32,000 bases of DNA from Nitrosopumilus maritimus SCM1. GTDB lineage: Archaea > Thermoproteota > Nitrososphaeria > Nitrososphaerales > Nitrosopumilaceae. Each line of letters begins with the position of its first letter. Positions within the stretch are counted from its first letter, which is position 1. The translations under genes were made by a program, and so were the position numbers. Shown here piece after piece: positions 8,446-17,470 of the stretch. The stretch covers positions 1,140,001-1,172,000 of the forward strand of contig NC_010085.1 of NCBI RefSeq assembly GCF_000018465.1, given 5' to 3'. The notes beneath the pieces were generated by a model. It saw nothing but the letters and a program-made list of their open reading frames with translations, was not told the origin of the DNA and did no database searches.

Positions 8446-8926
8446 CTGTTAACTTTGCAAACTTTTCGTTCATACTTAACTTTTCCATAAATTCGATATT
8501 AGATAGAGCTACAACAGCAGATTCTACTACGGGTTTATCAGGATCATCTAATGCCTTCTCCAATGCGTCTTTTGCATCCTTATTGCCAACAACACCCAAC
8601 GCAATTGCAGCTTCATGTCTTACAAACATACTAGGATCATTTAGAGTTGCATCAGTTAGTGGTGGGACCGAACTAGAATAACACATCTGGCCTAGAGAAA
8701 AGGCAGCTTCATGTCTTACCAATTCATTATCATCATCTTTCAAAACTTTGGCAATATAGGGAACTTTATCTTCTCCACCAAAATCAACTAAAATACACGT
8801 AGCTCTGGTTCTAACCACATAATCAGGATGATCTAAGAGTTTTACAAAGTATTCAGTATCCTTTTGCTCATACTTTTTTTCCATTTCAGCAAAAAGAGTC
8901 AATCGATCATCAGTAACTACTTGCAA
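8438..8926 (-). CDS. HEAT-repeat protein (probable TTG start)
   Basis: Repeated [18 protein letters not shown]..., [42 protein letters not shown] helical repeats. Confidence 0.8.
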   Translation of the reverse strand: MQVVTDDRLTLFAEMEKKYEQKDTEYFVKLLDHPDYVVRTRATCILVDFGGEDKVPYIAKVLKDDDNELVRHEAAFSLGQMCYSSSVPPLTDATLNDPSMFVRHEAAIALGVVGNKDAKDALEKALDDPDKPVVESAVVALSNIEFMEKLSMNEKFAKLTGG

Positions 8927-9022
8927 TATTTTTTGAGATTTCTGCGTCCTATATTTAGTTAATCAGACGGAATCTTAAATTTTTGAGGTATGTATTTAAT
9001 GGAAAAAATACGATAATTCCTC

Positions 9023-9688
9023 ATGAGCGCAGTAATTGGTGAAAAGGTACCAAATTTTGGAGTCTCAGATTGGGTCCAAGGTGCACCAACAAACTTTGAC
9101 CAAGAAAAAGACCATATAGTTCTAGTAGAGGTATTCCAAGTAAACTGCCCAGGTTGTTTTATGCATGCCTTGCCTGAAGCAATTGAAATTTACAACAAAT
9201 ACAAAGATGATGGTGTAAGAGTAATTGGAATTGCTACTGCTTTTGAAGATTTTGATAAAAATACATTAGATAATTTGAAGATGTTAGCTGAGACAGGAGA
9301 AATAGTTGGAGAAACAAAAAGTGCATTCCAAATGAGCGGACAACTACAAGAAGGAGACAAGTTACCATACAAAATTCCATTTCCTTTAGCAATGGATAAC
9401 CTGGTAAAGACAACAGGTGAAATAAGCCAAGAAAAAATTATGGAGTTTATCTATCCACAAATTCCAGAATTTGATTCACAACCAGAAGATTATAGAAATC
9501 AAATCATACAAAGAGTCAAAGACTATATGAAATCAAAAGAATACTCTGCTGAAACATTTGAAAAGTTTGCACTACGTGGAACCCCATCAACTATTCTAGT
9601 AGATAGAAAAGGAGTTCTAAGAGATGTTTCATTTGGTCAAGTTGGACAAGCAGAAGCAATGATTCAAAAATTACTTAGTGAAGATTAG
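9023..9688 (+). CDS. Thioredoxin-fold redoxin/AhpC-TSA-like protein
   Basis: VLVEVFQVNCPGCFMHALPEAIEIYNKYKDDGVRVIGIATAFED; FALRGTPSTILVDRKGVLRDVSFGQV. Confidence 0.85.
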   Translation: MSAVIGEKVPNFGVSDWVQGAPTNFDQEKDHIVLVEVFQVNCPGCFMHALPEAIEIYNKYKDDGVRVIGIATAFEDFDKNTLDNLKMLAETGEIVGETKSAFQMSGQLQEGDKLPYKIPFPLAMDNLVKTTGEISQEKIMEFIYPQIPEFDSQPEDYRNQIIQRVKDYMKSKEYSAETFEKFALRGTPSTILVDRKGVLRDVSFGQVGQAEAMIQKLLSED

Positions 9689-9689
9689 A

Positions 9690-9770
9690 TTATCTAATTA
9701 GAATAACAGTAACTGATAGTACTACAGCTGTGATAAAACCCCCAATAATAGCAATTTTTGCGTTATCCAC
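9690..9770 (-). CDS. Possible 26-aa single-TM microprotein (GTG start)
   Basis: VDNAKIAIIGGFITAVVLSVTVILIR*. Hydrophobic, convergent with 9688 stop. Short, so coding status uncertain. Confidence 0.3.
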   Translation of the reverse strand: MDNAKIAIIGGFITAVVLSVTVILIR

Positions 9771-9840
9771 AAGATAACTTTGGTCTCTAAATTTTAAGGA
9801 TTTGTAAAAAACATTAATTCGATTTGATGTAACAAAGATT

Positions 9841-9933
9841 ATGGAAGAAGGACAAATTATTGTTCCATTACTAATTGCAGCAGCAGTTGGGATTTTTGTA
9901 GGAACAAGAATATGGATTATGTTTAGAAAATAG
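9841..9933 (+). CDS. Possible 30-aa single-TM microprotein
   Basis: MEEGQIIVPLLIAAAVGIFVGTRIWIMFRK*, hydrophobic core with basic C-terminus. Overlaps the 3' end of the minus-strand gene at 9923. Confidence 0.35.
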   Translation: MEEGQIIVPLLIAAAVGIFVGTRIWIMFRK

Positions 9934-10747
9934 ATTTTTTTCTTATTCCCAAGATAACAATTGCAGGCAATCCAGCATACATTCCAATATTTAGAATTAT
10001 CAAAGATACGCCGATTGACAGAATCTCAGATTCTGTTTCTGCAAAATCCATCAAAGATAGAGTAGTGATCATAGGAGTAATTCCTATTCTCACCATCTCC
10101 TTGAATACAGGATTTTCTCGTTGATAGTCTGCCATTTGAGGACTAAATGAATAATAAAATGCGTTAAATGAATTCATGAAAGATTTTCCAGATTCTATTT
10201 GTAGTAATTTATCATCTCTTAATTCTCGTAACTGTTGCACTTGAGGTGCCAACTCAGAACCAAATGTTGCAGTTGCAATCAAACATCCACCGCCAGGTTC
10301 TTCATGAGTAATTTTTTCATTAGGAACAACTTCTACAATCTCTTTTACACCAACAAGTGCATCTGTTCCAATGATATCGATTTTGTTGTTACCAATTCCA
10401 GTAAAGTTCAAAGTAACAAATGAAATCCTTTCATTTGATTTGTATTCTTGAATAGATTCAACATCATTTATCTGAAAAGTAAAATTGCCACCAAGGAGGT
10501 TTTTAGGAATTGTTACCTCACCTAGATTATCTTCCAGACCACTGTTAATGAATATAGTTAATCGTTTTTCATTTTTGTTAAACTCATGATCTAAAATATC
10601 AAAATTTGAAACAGTAACAACTTCAAAAGTGTGACCACTTGTATCAACATCAAGACGGGTTAACAATCCTGTTCTATCAGAAAGTTGGCCAAACACAGGA
10701 GATATTATTAGAAGTAATAATAACGGAATGAAAAATAGTACTTTCAA
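9923..10747 (-). CDS. Secreted/membrane protein with CFI-box-like C-terminal region
   Basis: Signal peptide MKVLFFIPLLLLLIISPVFG; GGGCLIATATFGSELAPQVQQLRELRD resembles the CFI-box-CTERM motif; C-terminal TM segments. Confidence 0.75.
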   Translation of the reverse strand: MKVLFFIPLLLLLIISPVFGQLSDRTGLLTRLDVDTSGHTFEVVTVSNFDILDHEFNKNEKRLTIFINSGLEDNLGEVTIPKNLLGGNFTFQINDVESIQEYKSNERISFVTLNFTGIGNNKIDIIGTDALVGVKEIVEVVPNEKITHEEPGGGCLIATATFGSELAPQVQQLRELRDDKLLQIESGKSFMNSFNAFYYSFSPQMADYQRENPVFKEMVRIGITPMITTLSLMDFAETESEILSIGVSLIILNIGMYAGLPAIVILGIRKKSIF

Positions 10748-10748
10748 T

Positions 10749-11213
10749 TTACGCTGTTTGAGAAATACGTTTAGTTAATTCTTTATCTTGTGCAACTCTT
10801 GGATGATCTGGGTCTGCCAAGATTACTTCAAACCAGTAGTGTTTACCATCTTTGTAGATAAAGTAAGAACCCAATAGTTTCATGTTTGGATATCTTTCAC
10901 TAACTCTTCGTTCAGCAACAGTTTTCATATTGTCATCTGCCTTAATTCGTGTAACACCAAGATGTTTTGGTCTTCTACCACCAGTAGGTCTCTGCTTTCT
11001 CATGCCACCAGTACCAACTCGCATTCTAACAACAATAACACCTTGTTTTGCTTTGTATCCCAATCTTCTTGCCCTTTGAATTCTACTAGGCTTGTCAATT
11101 CGGGTAACTGCATTTTGTTTACGCCATCCAACTACACGCTCACGTAGCTCTGGAGCGTTTTCTTTCCAGAGTCTGATCCATACTTGGTCTTGACGACTAG
11201 GCATATCGGGCAT
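10749..11213 (-). CDS. rpl15e: 50S ribosomal protein L15e
   Basis: VGWRKQNAVTRIDKPSRIQRARRLGYKAKQGVIVVRMRVGTGGMRKQRPTGGRRPKHLG...YPNMKLLGSYFIYKDGKHYWFEVILADPDHP. ATG at 11213 (MPDMPSRQ) preferred to the tracked 11321. Confidence 0.9.
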   Translation of the reverse strand: MPDMPSRQDQVWIRLWKENAPELRERVVGWRKQNAVTRIDKPSRIQRARRLGYKAKQGVIVVRMRVGTGGMRKQRPTGGRRPKHLGVTRIKADDNMKTVAERRVSERYPNMKLLGSYFIYKDGKHYWFEVILADPDHPRVAQDKELTKRISQTA

Positions 11214-11420
11214 AGTAAAATCCCCTTTAATAACTGTAAATCGTGTAATTCTAAGCATCGCTAAAGCAGTTAAAATTCTCTTGAGTGGGGCATCACATTC
11301 CACGCACTCGAAGAGTTGCATCCGCAGAAAACTCGATAAAACAACTACGCCAAAGTTGTTAAAAAGGATTCCTGAGAATTGTTTTGAGATTTTTATTGAG
11401 TAAAATGGGCATGAAAAAAG

Positions 11421-12080
11421 ATGAGAGTTAGAAATGTGATATTATCTACGATCATAGTTCTAAGTTTGACTGTTTTACCATCTGCACATGCAGAGCCCAT
11501 AGTAGAAATCATTATGGAGAAAACGACTTACAGTTACTGTGAAAAATTATTCTATACAATCAAAGTTTCAGAAGTTACAGGAAATCCTGCAATAATTCAC
11601 ATTAGAGATGAGACAGGGAAAGGAAGCAGTGCAATTCCATTTCCAGTAACTGAACTAGAAAATCCAGTACCATCAAGAGTTGCTTTTGAAAAAGAAATTT
11701 TCCCGTTAGGAAAATACTTTATTGATATAGAGTATTCAGGAGTGCAGACAACTGCAGAGTTTACATTAATTGATTCAGGTAAAGTATGCATTCCAGAAAC
11801 AGTAAAACCAATCATGGCAAATTGGCTTTCAGGAAACATATCAGATGGATTTCTAATTGATGCATTTGAAAAATTTACAGAAGATTTAGAACTTTTCAAA
11901 ATTCCATTTGATATAAATGAAACAACTGTTTATGATGTTAGAATTCCAGAATGGGTAAAAAATGTAGGATACTGGTGGCTTGAAGGGATGATAAGTGACG
12001 ATGATCTAGTTAATGCAATAAACAATCTCGTTGAGAGAAACATAATTTCACTTGAACAAGAGACAGGAAATGAAATATGA
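11421..12080 (+). CDS. Secreted hypothetical protein with signal peptide
   Basis: Signal peptide VILSTIIVLSLTVLPSAHA; C-terminal IPEWVKNVGYWWLEGMISDDDLVNAINNLVERNII module. Confidence 0.75.
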   Translation: MRVRNVILSTIIVLSLTVLPSAHAEPIVEIIMEKTTYSYCEKLFYTIKVSEVTGNPAIIHIRDETGKGSSAIPFPVTELENPVPSRVAFEKEIFPLGKYFIDIEYSGVQTTAEFTLIDSGKVCIPETVKPIMANWLSGNISDGFLIDAFEKFTEDLELFKIPFDINETTVYDVRIPEWVKNVGYWWLEGMISDDDLVNAINNLVERNIISLEQETGNEI

Positions 12081-12592
12081 ATAAATATTCTGTAATAACT
12101 GCAATTGCAATCATAGTAATTGTTACTCCATTTGTATTTTCTACAATGAATATTGTTGGAAGTCAACAATTAGAATACAGATGGCATTCTCCAGGAACTT
12201 TTTCATTTTTTACAATGTCAAATCATGGGGAAATGGAGTTTTGTAACACACTTCCATTTTGGATGACATTTGAAAAGTTTGAGGTTTCAATGTTTTACAC
12301 TGGAACAAATGTTGGATCATATGAAGTAAAACCATTAACACTTAATCCATCAGCATCAGGAGTTCAAGAAGGGGTTTTTTCATCTGAGAATATTTCAAAT
12401 GCACAACATACTTTCATGAACTTTGATTTTGAATTTGATTCAGGAGATATCAGATTAGACCCAAATCAATTCATCGTAGTAGTTCAAACACACACGCCTA
12501 TTCTAGGCATAATACCATATTCGTCCACTACACAAATTTCAGCATTTAATTTTGATCAAATGATGAACGTAGAAGATTTGACTTGTGATTAA
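12077..12592 (+). CDS. Secreted/membrane-anchored hypothetical protein
   Basis: N-terminal hydrophobic segment VITAIAIIVIVTPFVF; ATGA overlap with upstream gene. Confidence 0.7.
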   Translation: MNKYSVITAIAIIVIVTPFVFSTMNIVGSQQLEYRWHSPGTFSFFTMSNHGEMEFCNTLPFWMTFEKFEVSMFYTGTNVGSYEVKPLTLNPSASGVQEGVFSSENISNAQHTFMNFDFEFDSGDIRLDPNQFIVVVQTHTPILGIIPYSSTTQISAFNFDQMMNVEDLTCD

Positions 12593-13482
12593 TCTCGACT
12601 TTTACCGGCCTTTGACATTAATGCCAAGATGATTGCAATTGCACCAGTTACAACAAATGCTGCAATCAATCCGTAACCTAATTCCTTACCTAGTCCTTTG
12701 AAAGAAGTTGATGTTGGAGTAGATATTTCAGGTGTAGATGTTTGTGGTTCAAGAACACACACTCCATCTTGAAGAATTGTTCCAGGACCACATCTTTCAT
12801 CTAAAACACATACACCATCTTGAAGAATTGTTCCAGGACCACATTCAGTTCTAGGAGTATCTTCAACAGGGGTTTCTTCTACTGGAGTATCTTCAACAGG
12901 GGTTTCTTCTACTGGAGTATCTTCAACAGGGGTTTCTTCTACTGGAGTATCTTCAACAGGGGTTTCTTCAACAGGGGTTTCTTCAACAGGGGTTTCTTCT
13001 ACTGGAGTATCTTCTATAGTTCTACCAAATACTGAACCAATAATTTCTATCTCTTCAGTTCCAGCAGGTAATTCAATACTTAAAGTTCTACTTTGAGATG
13101 TAGTTTCAGTTTCTGAAAAAGTTGGCTCATCACCATCAGCTAAAATGATAAAGTCATCATCTACTCCTTCATAAACAGAATCAAAGAAGGTTCTATCAAA
13201 TGTAATATCTAGAATTCCTTGAGAATCAGTAACATCAACTGAAATTATCAGTGAAATAAAATCAGTGTCGGACTCAATACCAGATACAGACATTCCAGAT
13301 ACAGTATAATCAACATCATAATCAGTTCCATCTACATCCACAGACATTGTTTCAGCATATACGAATGCAGATGAAAGTATTGTAAAGAAGATTAAGCCTA
13401 AGGATATCTTTAGCAGCGAATTACCATTTGTTAAATTTCTTAATCTATTAGATTGTAATTGGCTTATACTATGATTATTCAA
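12589..13482 (-). CDS. Cell-surface protein with Pro/Glu/Thr repeats, duplicated Cys-containing motif and C-terminal TM anchor
   Basis: Signal sequence, VEETPVEDTP repeats, two copies of [ER]CGPGTILQDGVCVL, C-terminal GYGLIAAFVVTGAIAIILALMSKAGKSRD. Confidence 0.75.
   Translation of the reverse strand: MNNHSISQLQSNRLRNLTNGNSLLKISLGLIFFTILSSAFVYAETMSVDVDGTDYDVDYTVSGMSVSGIESDTDFISLIISVDVTDSQGILDITFDRTFFDSVYEGVDDDFIILADGDEPTFSETETTSQSRTLSIELPAGTEEIEIIGSVFGRTIEDTPVEETPVEETPVEETPVEDTPVEETPVEDTPVEETPVEDTPVEETPVEDTPRTECGPGTILQDGVCVLDERCGPGTILQDGVCVLEPQTSTPEISTPTSTSFKGLGKELGYGLIAAFVVTGAIAIILALMSKAGKSRD
12756..12843 (-). repeat. Two copies of a 51-bp unit coding CGPGTILQDGVCVL
   Basis: ccatcttgaagaattgttccaggaccaca begins at 12764 and again at 12815. 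Confidence 0.85.
12854..13014 (-). repeat. 15/30-bp tandem repeats coding VEETP/VEDTP
   Basis: ggagtatcttcaacaggggtttcttctact repeated, with 15-bp sub-unit variation. Confidence 0.9.
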
Positions 13483-13582
13483 CGATTGACTTCCTCCAAA
13501 TGGATGTTAAAAACAAAGAGACGATAATTAATCACGTAAAAGTCAACTTTTTTGAGTATTTTTAAGAATCACGCAGGAATTA

Positions 13583-14515
13583 TCAGATGACGCCTCTCAA
13601 AATTTGGACAATTTTCTCAGCAATCACATTTGCTGCCAAGGATTGTGCTTCTTTTGTTTGAGCGCCAATGTGAGGAGTTAAAATGACGTTGTCAAGTTCT
13701 GCCAACTTTGTTCCAATAGCAGGTTCCTTTTCAAAGACATCCAATGCTGCACCACCAAGTGTTCCATTTTTGAGTGCATCATAAAGTGCATCCTCATCAA
13801 CTACTCCACCTCTAGATGTATTGATAATTTTTGCAGTCTTTTTCATTGTGGACATTTTTTGTGCATCTAATAGATGGTATGTTGAATCAAGTAACGGAAC
13901 ATGAATTGATACATAATCAGCACTTTGTAAAAGAGTATTCAAATCAGCTTTCATCAAACCGACTTCTTTTGAAAATTCTTCATCAATTGGAACCACATCA
14001 TAACCGATGATATTCATGTTAAGTGCACGTGCAAGTCTTCCTAGTCTTTTTCCAATGTTTCCTAATCCAACAATTCCAAGATATTTTCCTGCAAGTTCAG
14101 TTCCTTTCAATTCTTTTTTAAGCCACTGTTCATTCCTAATACCTCTATCACCTCTTGCAGTTTGTCTTGCAAGAGATAACATCAAACCCAATACTAATTC
14201 TGCAACAGCGTTCATTGCACCCTCTACAGCATTAATTACACGGATGTTTTTTGCTTTGGCGGCTTCTTGATCAACATTATCAAGTCCAACACCAACACGA
14301 GCAATAATCTTACAATTGTCTGCTTTATCGATCATCTCTTTTGTGATGGTAGTTCTACTTCTAACAATCACAATATTGTAATCGGAAATTTTTTCTAAAA
14401 TTTGTTCAGGAGTAATCTCTGGTTCATAAGATATTTTCAAGCCATTATCTTGTAAAATTTTATTCAAAATCGGATCTACTTCATCACAGATCAGTACAGA
14501 CTCGTCAAATCCCAT
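13583..14515 (-). CDS. serA: D-isomer 2-hydroxyacid dehydrogenase / D-3-phosphoglycerate dehydrogenase-like (no ACT domain)
   Basis: LGIVGLGNIGKRLGRLARALNMNIIGYD NAD-binding motif; KIINTSRGGVVDEDAL; ALDVFEKEP; NVILTPHIGAQT. Confidence 0.85.
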   Translation of the reverse strand: MGFDESVLICDEVDPILNKILQDNGLKISYEPEITPEQILEKISDYNIVIVRSRTTITKEMIDKADNCKIIARVGVGLDNVDQEAAKAKNIRVINAVEGAMNAVAELVLGLMLSLARQTARGDRGIRNEQWLKKELKGTELAGKYLGIVGLGNIGKRLGRLARALNMNIIGYDVVPIDEEFSKEVGLMKADLNTLLQSADYVSIHVPLLDSTYHLLDAQKMSTMKKTAKIINTSRGGVVDEDALYDALKNGTLGGAALDVFEKEPAIGTKLAELDNVILTPHIGAQTKEAQSLAANVIAEKIVQILRGVI

Positions 14516-14582
14516 GAAATGTAAAATAGAGCTACGGAATATAATTCATTCAAAATAATAAAAAGAAAAAGATGTTATGTTA

Positions 14583-15995
14583 TCAAGAAGTTAAGATTTC
14601 TGCTACTACAGGAATTACTTCCCATAATGCGACATAATCGCCACTTTCTTGCATTTCAGAAGCTACGTTGTCAGTCATAAGACCATGAATGTTAATTGCT
14701 GGGTGAGCAATACTGTTCATTCCCATTGGTGGGACAGCACTACTTGGGTTACCCAAAGCATATGCATAAGATGCGACTGGTGCTGGGATAACTCCTTTCT
14801 CAACCAGAACTGGGTTCAAGCCGAATGGGTCACCTGCTACAAATACTGTAGCTGCGCCAGTGTAAATTGCTGCATAGTCATGGTTAACTGCTGCGTATGC
14901 ACCTGGTTCATCAAATACCAAGTCAACAATCATTCCTTGTGAGCCACCGAGTAACCATGTTTCAGTTGCTGCGGATTGTACTCTGTTACCTTGTGTAACT
15001 CTGTCCAAAATTTCTCCTACAATGTGGAAGAATACTGGTTCGTTACCTTGGTTTTCAACGAATAATCTTACGTGTTGATCATTTTCAACAAATAAGAGTT
15101 GTGATTGGTATTGCTTGTGCTCAAGTCCATTCCATGGTTGTGCAACAAAGATGTTCTTGTTTACATCGCCATTGACGAGTAAGTTATGAGCCATGTTTGG
15201 TACATAACCAAATTGCATTCCATTTACAACTGTTGCAGTGTTTTGATGTTTGAACATTGCACCGGCATCATAGTTGCCTTCAGGTGTAAGATACAATTGA
15301 TTGTATTGGAGTTGGAACTCTAATGCATCTGCATCATAGAATTTTCTGTCAAGTTCACCACTTCCGCTTGTTTTCTCAACCATTAATTTCTTGTAACCAT
15401 TTGCAGGATCAACGATTGTAATTCCGTACATGCCGGAAAGTACGTGTTGGTCCATACCAATTAGTTTAACACCAGAACAATGGTATTTGAACATACCAGC
15501 AGATTCAGCGATGTAACAGTACTGACTTGTTTCACCAGGATTAACTGATTCAAAGTTTCCTGCTGACATTTGTGATGCATGCATGTCGTTACCGTGTCCA
15601 GTAACTTCATCATCTGGAATTGTAAGTGTCATTTTAACAACATCACCTTGTGTAACTCTTAGTGTTGGTCCTGGGACTTGTTCACTGAAAGTCATTGCGT
15701 GATATGTTTTTCCTCCCATGATTGGAAGTTCGACACTTTCACCAGTCAAGTTAAACTCAACGACATTACGTCCAGAGTTTTCTAGAGCACCACAATCAGT
15801 TTCTGCGAATGCTTCAGGCATTACAAGCTGTAAACCTCCCATGTGTCTGATCTTATCCATGACAGAGACATCCATTTGGTCCATGTCAAGAGATTGACCA
15901 GCAATTTGGGTTTGTGTGTATGTGCTTCCGAATAAGGTTGCGCCCATTACAGCTACTGCTGCAATTGTAAAGAGCATACTAACACGCTTATTCAT
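14583..15995 (-). CDS. nirK: NirK-type multicopper oxidase / copper nitrite reductase homologue
   Basis: HGNDMH fits the NirK HxxDxH segment; FKYHCSG...DQHVLSGMYG type 1/2 ligands; FFHIVGEI. Start MNKRVSM at 15995 is 26 nt from the TATATA at 16019-16024. Confidence 0.85.
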   Translation of the reverse strand: MNKRVSMLFTIAAVAVMGATLFGSTYTQTQIAGQSLDMDQMDVSVMDKIRHMGGLQLVMPEAFAETDCGALENSGRNVVEFNLTGESVELPIMGGKTYHAMTFSEQVPGPTLRVTQGDVVKMTLTIPDDEVTGHGNDMHASQMSAGNFESVNPGETSQYCYIAESAGMFKYHCSGVKLIGMDQHVLSGMYGITIVDPANGYKKLMVEKTSGSGELDRKFYDADALEFQLQYNQLYLTPEGNYDAGAMFKHQNTATVVNGMQFGYVPNMAHNLLVNGDVNKNIFVAQPWNGLEHKQYQSQLLFVENDQHVRLFVENQGNEPVFFHIVGEILDRVTQGNRVQSAATETWLLGGSQGMIVDLVFDEPGAYAAVNHDYAAIYTGAATVFVAGDPFGLNPVLVEKGVIPAPVASYAYALGNPSSAVPPMGMNSIAHPAINIHGLMTDNVASEMQESGDYVALWEVIPVVAEILTS

Positions 15996-16029
15996 TATGC
16001 ACGATGGTACCCAGTTCCTATATAACAAT

Positions 16030-16044
16030 TTCCCAATTTGGGAA
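16030..16044. promoter_or_regulatory. Perfect 7-1-7 inverted repeat TTCCCAA-T-TTGGGAA, candidate operator of the nirK-like gene
   Basis: Palindrome immediately upstream (minus-strand sense) of TTGTTATATAGG TATA-like box. Confidence 0.5.
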
Positions 16045-16105
16045 TTATGAAAATGTGATATGATGCTGAAAAAGAATGAATAATGGGTAGTTGAGGCTAT
16101 TTTGT

Positions 16106-17467
16106 ATGAAATTTAGATTAGATCAAGACTCATTAGGAAAAGTCAAAATTCCATCAGACGCATATTATGGAGCATTTACTGGTAGAGCAATCAAACAGTA
16201 TCATGTTACTGGAAACACATCTCATGAGAATTTGATAAAGTCATTTGTTATGATTAAACGATCAGCTGCTGTTGCAAATATGAAGACAAAGGCAATTGAC
16301 ACAAAACGAGGAAAGGCAATTGTTTCAGCTTGTGACAAAATTTTGGCAGGAAAGCATGTTGATCAATTTGTTGTAGATATGATAAACTCTGGGGCAGGAA
16401 CCGCATTTAACATGAATTCAAATGAAGTCATTTCAAATGTTGCATTAGAAATACTGCGCAAAAAGAAAGGACAGTATGAGTTCTTACATCCAAATGATCA
16501 TGTCAATATGTCACAATCAAGTAATGATACATATCCAACTGCAATGCATGTTGCAATTTTGATGAATCTCAAAGAGACAATTCCTGCAATTGATATTCTG
16601 ATAAAGTCATTATCAAAGAAAGCAAAACAATTTTCATCATTTAAGAAAATTGGAAGAACACATCTTATGGATGCATTACCAGTAACTTTGGGAAGTGAGT
16701 TTGCAGCTTATGTTACATCTATTACTAAAGCAAGAAACGAACTTGTTGCATCACAAAAAGAATTACAAAATGTTGCACTTGGTGGAACTGCTGTTGGTTC
16801 TGGAGCTAATACACCAAAAGGTTACAGAAAAATTGCAATTGCAGAGCTTGGAAAAATTTCAAAATTACCATTAAGACCTGAAAAAGACATGCAACATGGA
16901 TTGCAAAGCAAGTACGCAGTTGCAAATTGTTCAGGTGCATTACGTAACTTGGCATTAGAAATTGGAAAACTTGCAAATGATATCAGACTAATGGCATCAG
17001 GTCCAATTGCAGGTTTGGCAGAAATTGGAATTCCTGCAGTTCATGCAGGCTCTTCAATCATGCCAGGCAAAGTAAACCCATCATTAGCTGAATGTATGAA
17101 TATGATTTGCTTTAATATCATTGGAAATGATACTGCAGTATCATATGCAGCACAAGGTGGACAGTTTGAGCTTAATGTCATGTTACCTGGAATGCTAAAG
17201 TGCATGCTAGAGTCAACAGACATGATAAAGAACTTCTTGCCAATATTTTCTGCAAATCTAATTGATGGACTTACTGCAAACAAAGACAAGCTACGTGCAG
17301 ACATTGAAAACAGTCCAGTGATTGTAACATTGCTGACTCCAAAGATTGGATATCTAAAATCTGCAGAACTTTTCAAAGAGTCATTAAAGACTGGAAAAAC
17401 TATCAGAGAACTAGTAGTTTCAAAGAAACTAATGACTAACAAAGAAATTGATTCTCTGTTTGGATAA
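16106..17467 (+). CDS. fumC: Class II fumarate hydratase
   Basis: KIGRTHLMDALPVTLGSEF, SSIMPGKVNPSLAE, HPNDHVNMSQSSNDTYPTAMH. The His in GRTHL favours fumarase over aspartase. Start MKFRLDQD at 16106. Confidence 0.85.
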   Translation: MKFRLDQDSLGKVKIPSDAYYGAFTGRAIKQYHVTGNTSHENLIKSFVMIKRSAAVANMKTKAIDTKRGKAIVSACDKILAGKHVDQFVVDMINSGAGTAFNMNSNEVISNVALEILRKKKGQYEFLHPNDHVNMSQSSNDTYPTAMHVAILMNLKETIPAIDILIKSLSKKAKQFSSFKKIGRTHLMDALPVTLGSEFAAYVTSITKARNELVASQKELQNVALGGTAVGSGANTPKGYRKIAIAELGKISKLPLRPEKDMQHGLQSKYAVANCSGALRNLALEIGKLANDIRLMASGPIAGLAEIGIPAVHAGSSIMPGKVNPSLAECMNMICFNIIGNDTAVSYAAQGGQFELNVMLPGMLKCMLESTDMIKNFLPIFSANLIDGLTANKDKLRADIENSPVIVTLLTPKIGYLKSAELFKESLKTGKTIRELVVSKKLMTNKEIDSLFG

Positions 17468-17470
17468 AGT

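Noticed and set aside
12820-13035. Plus-strand ORF FFYWSIFNRG repeats
   Set aside because: Antisense reading of the VEETP/VEDTP tandem repeat.
13502-13567. 21-aa plus-strand ORF MDVKNKETIINHVKVNFFEYF
   Set aside because: Too short, no composition or motif support, and sits in the upstream region of the 12589-13482 gene.
14649-14942. Plus-strand 97-aa ORF rich in Trp/Cys
   Set aside because: Antisense shadow of the nirK-like gene.
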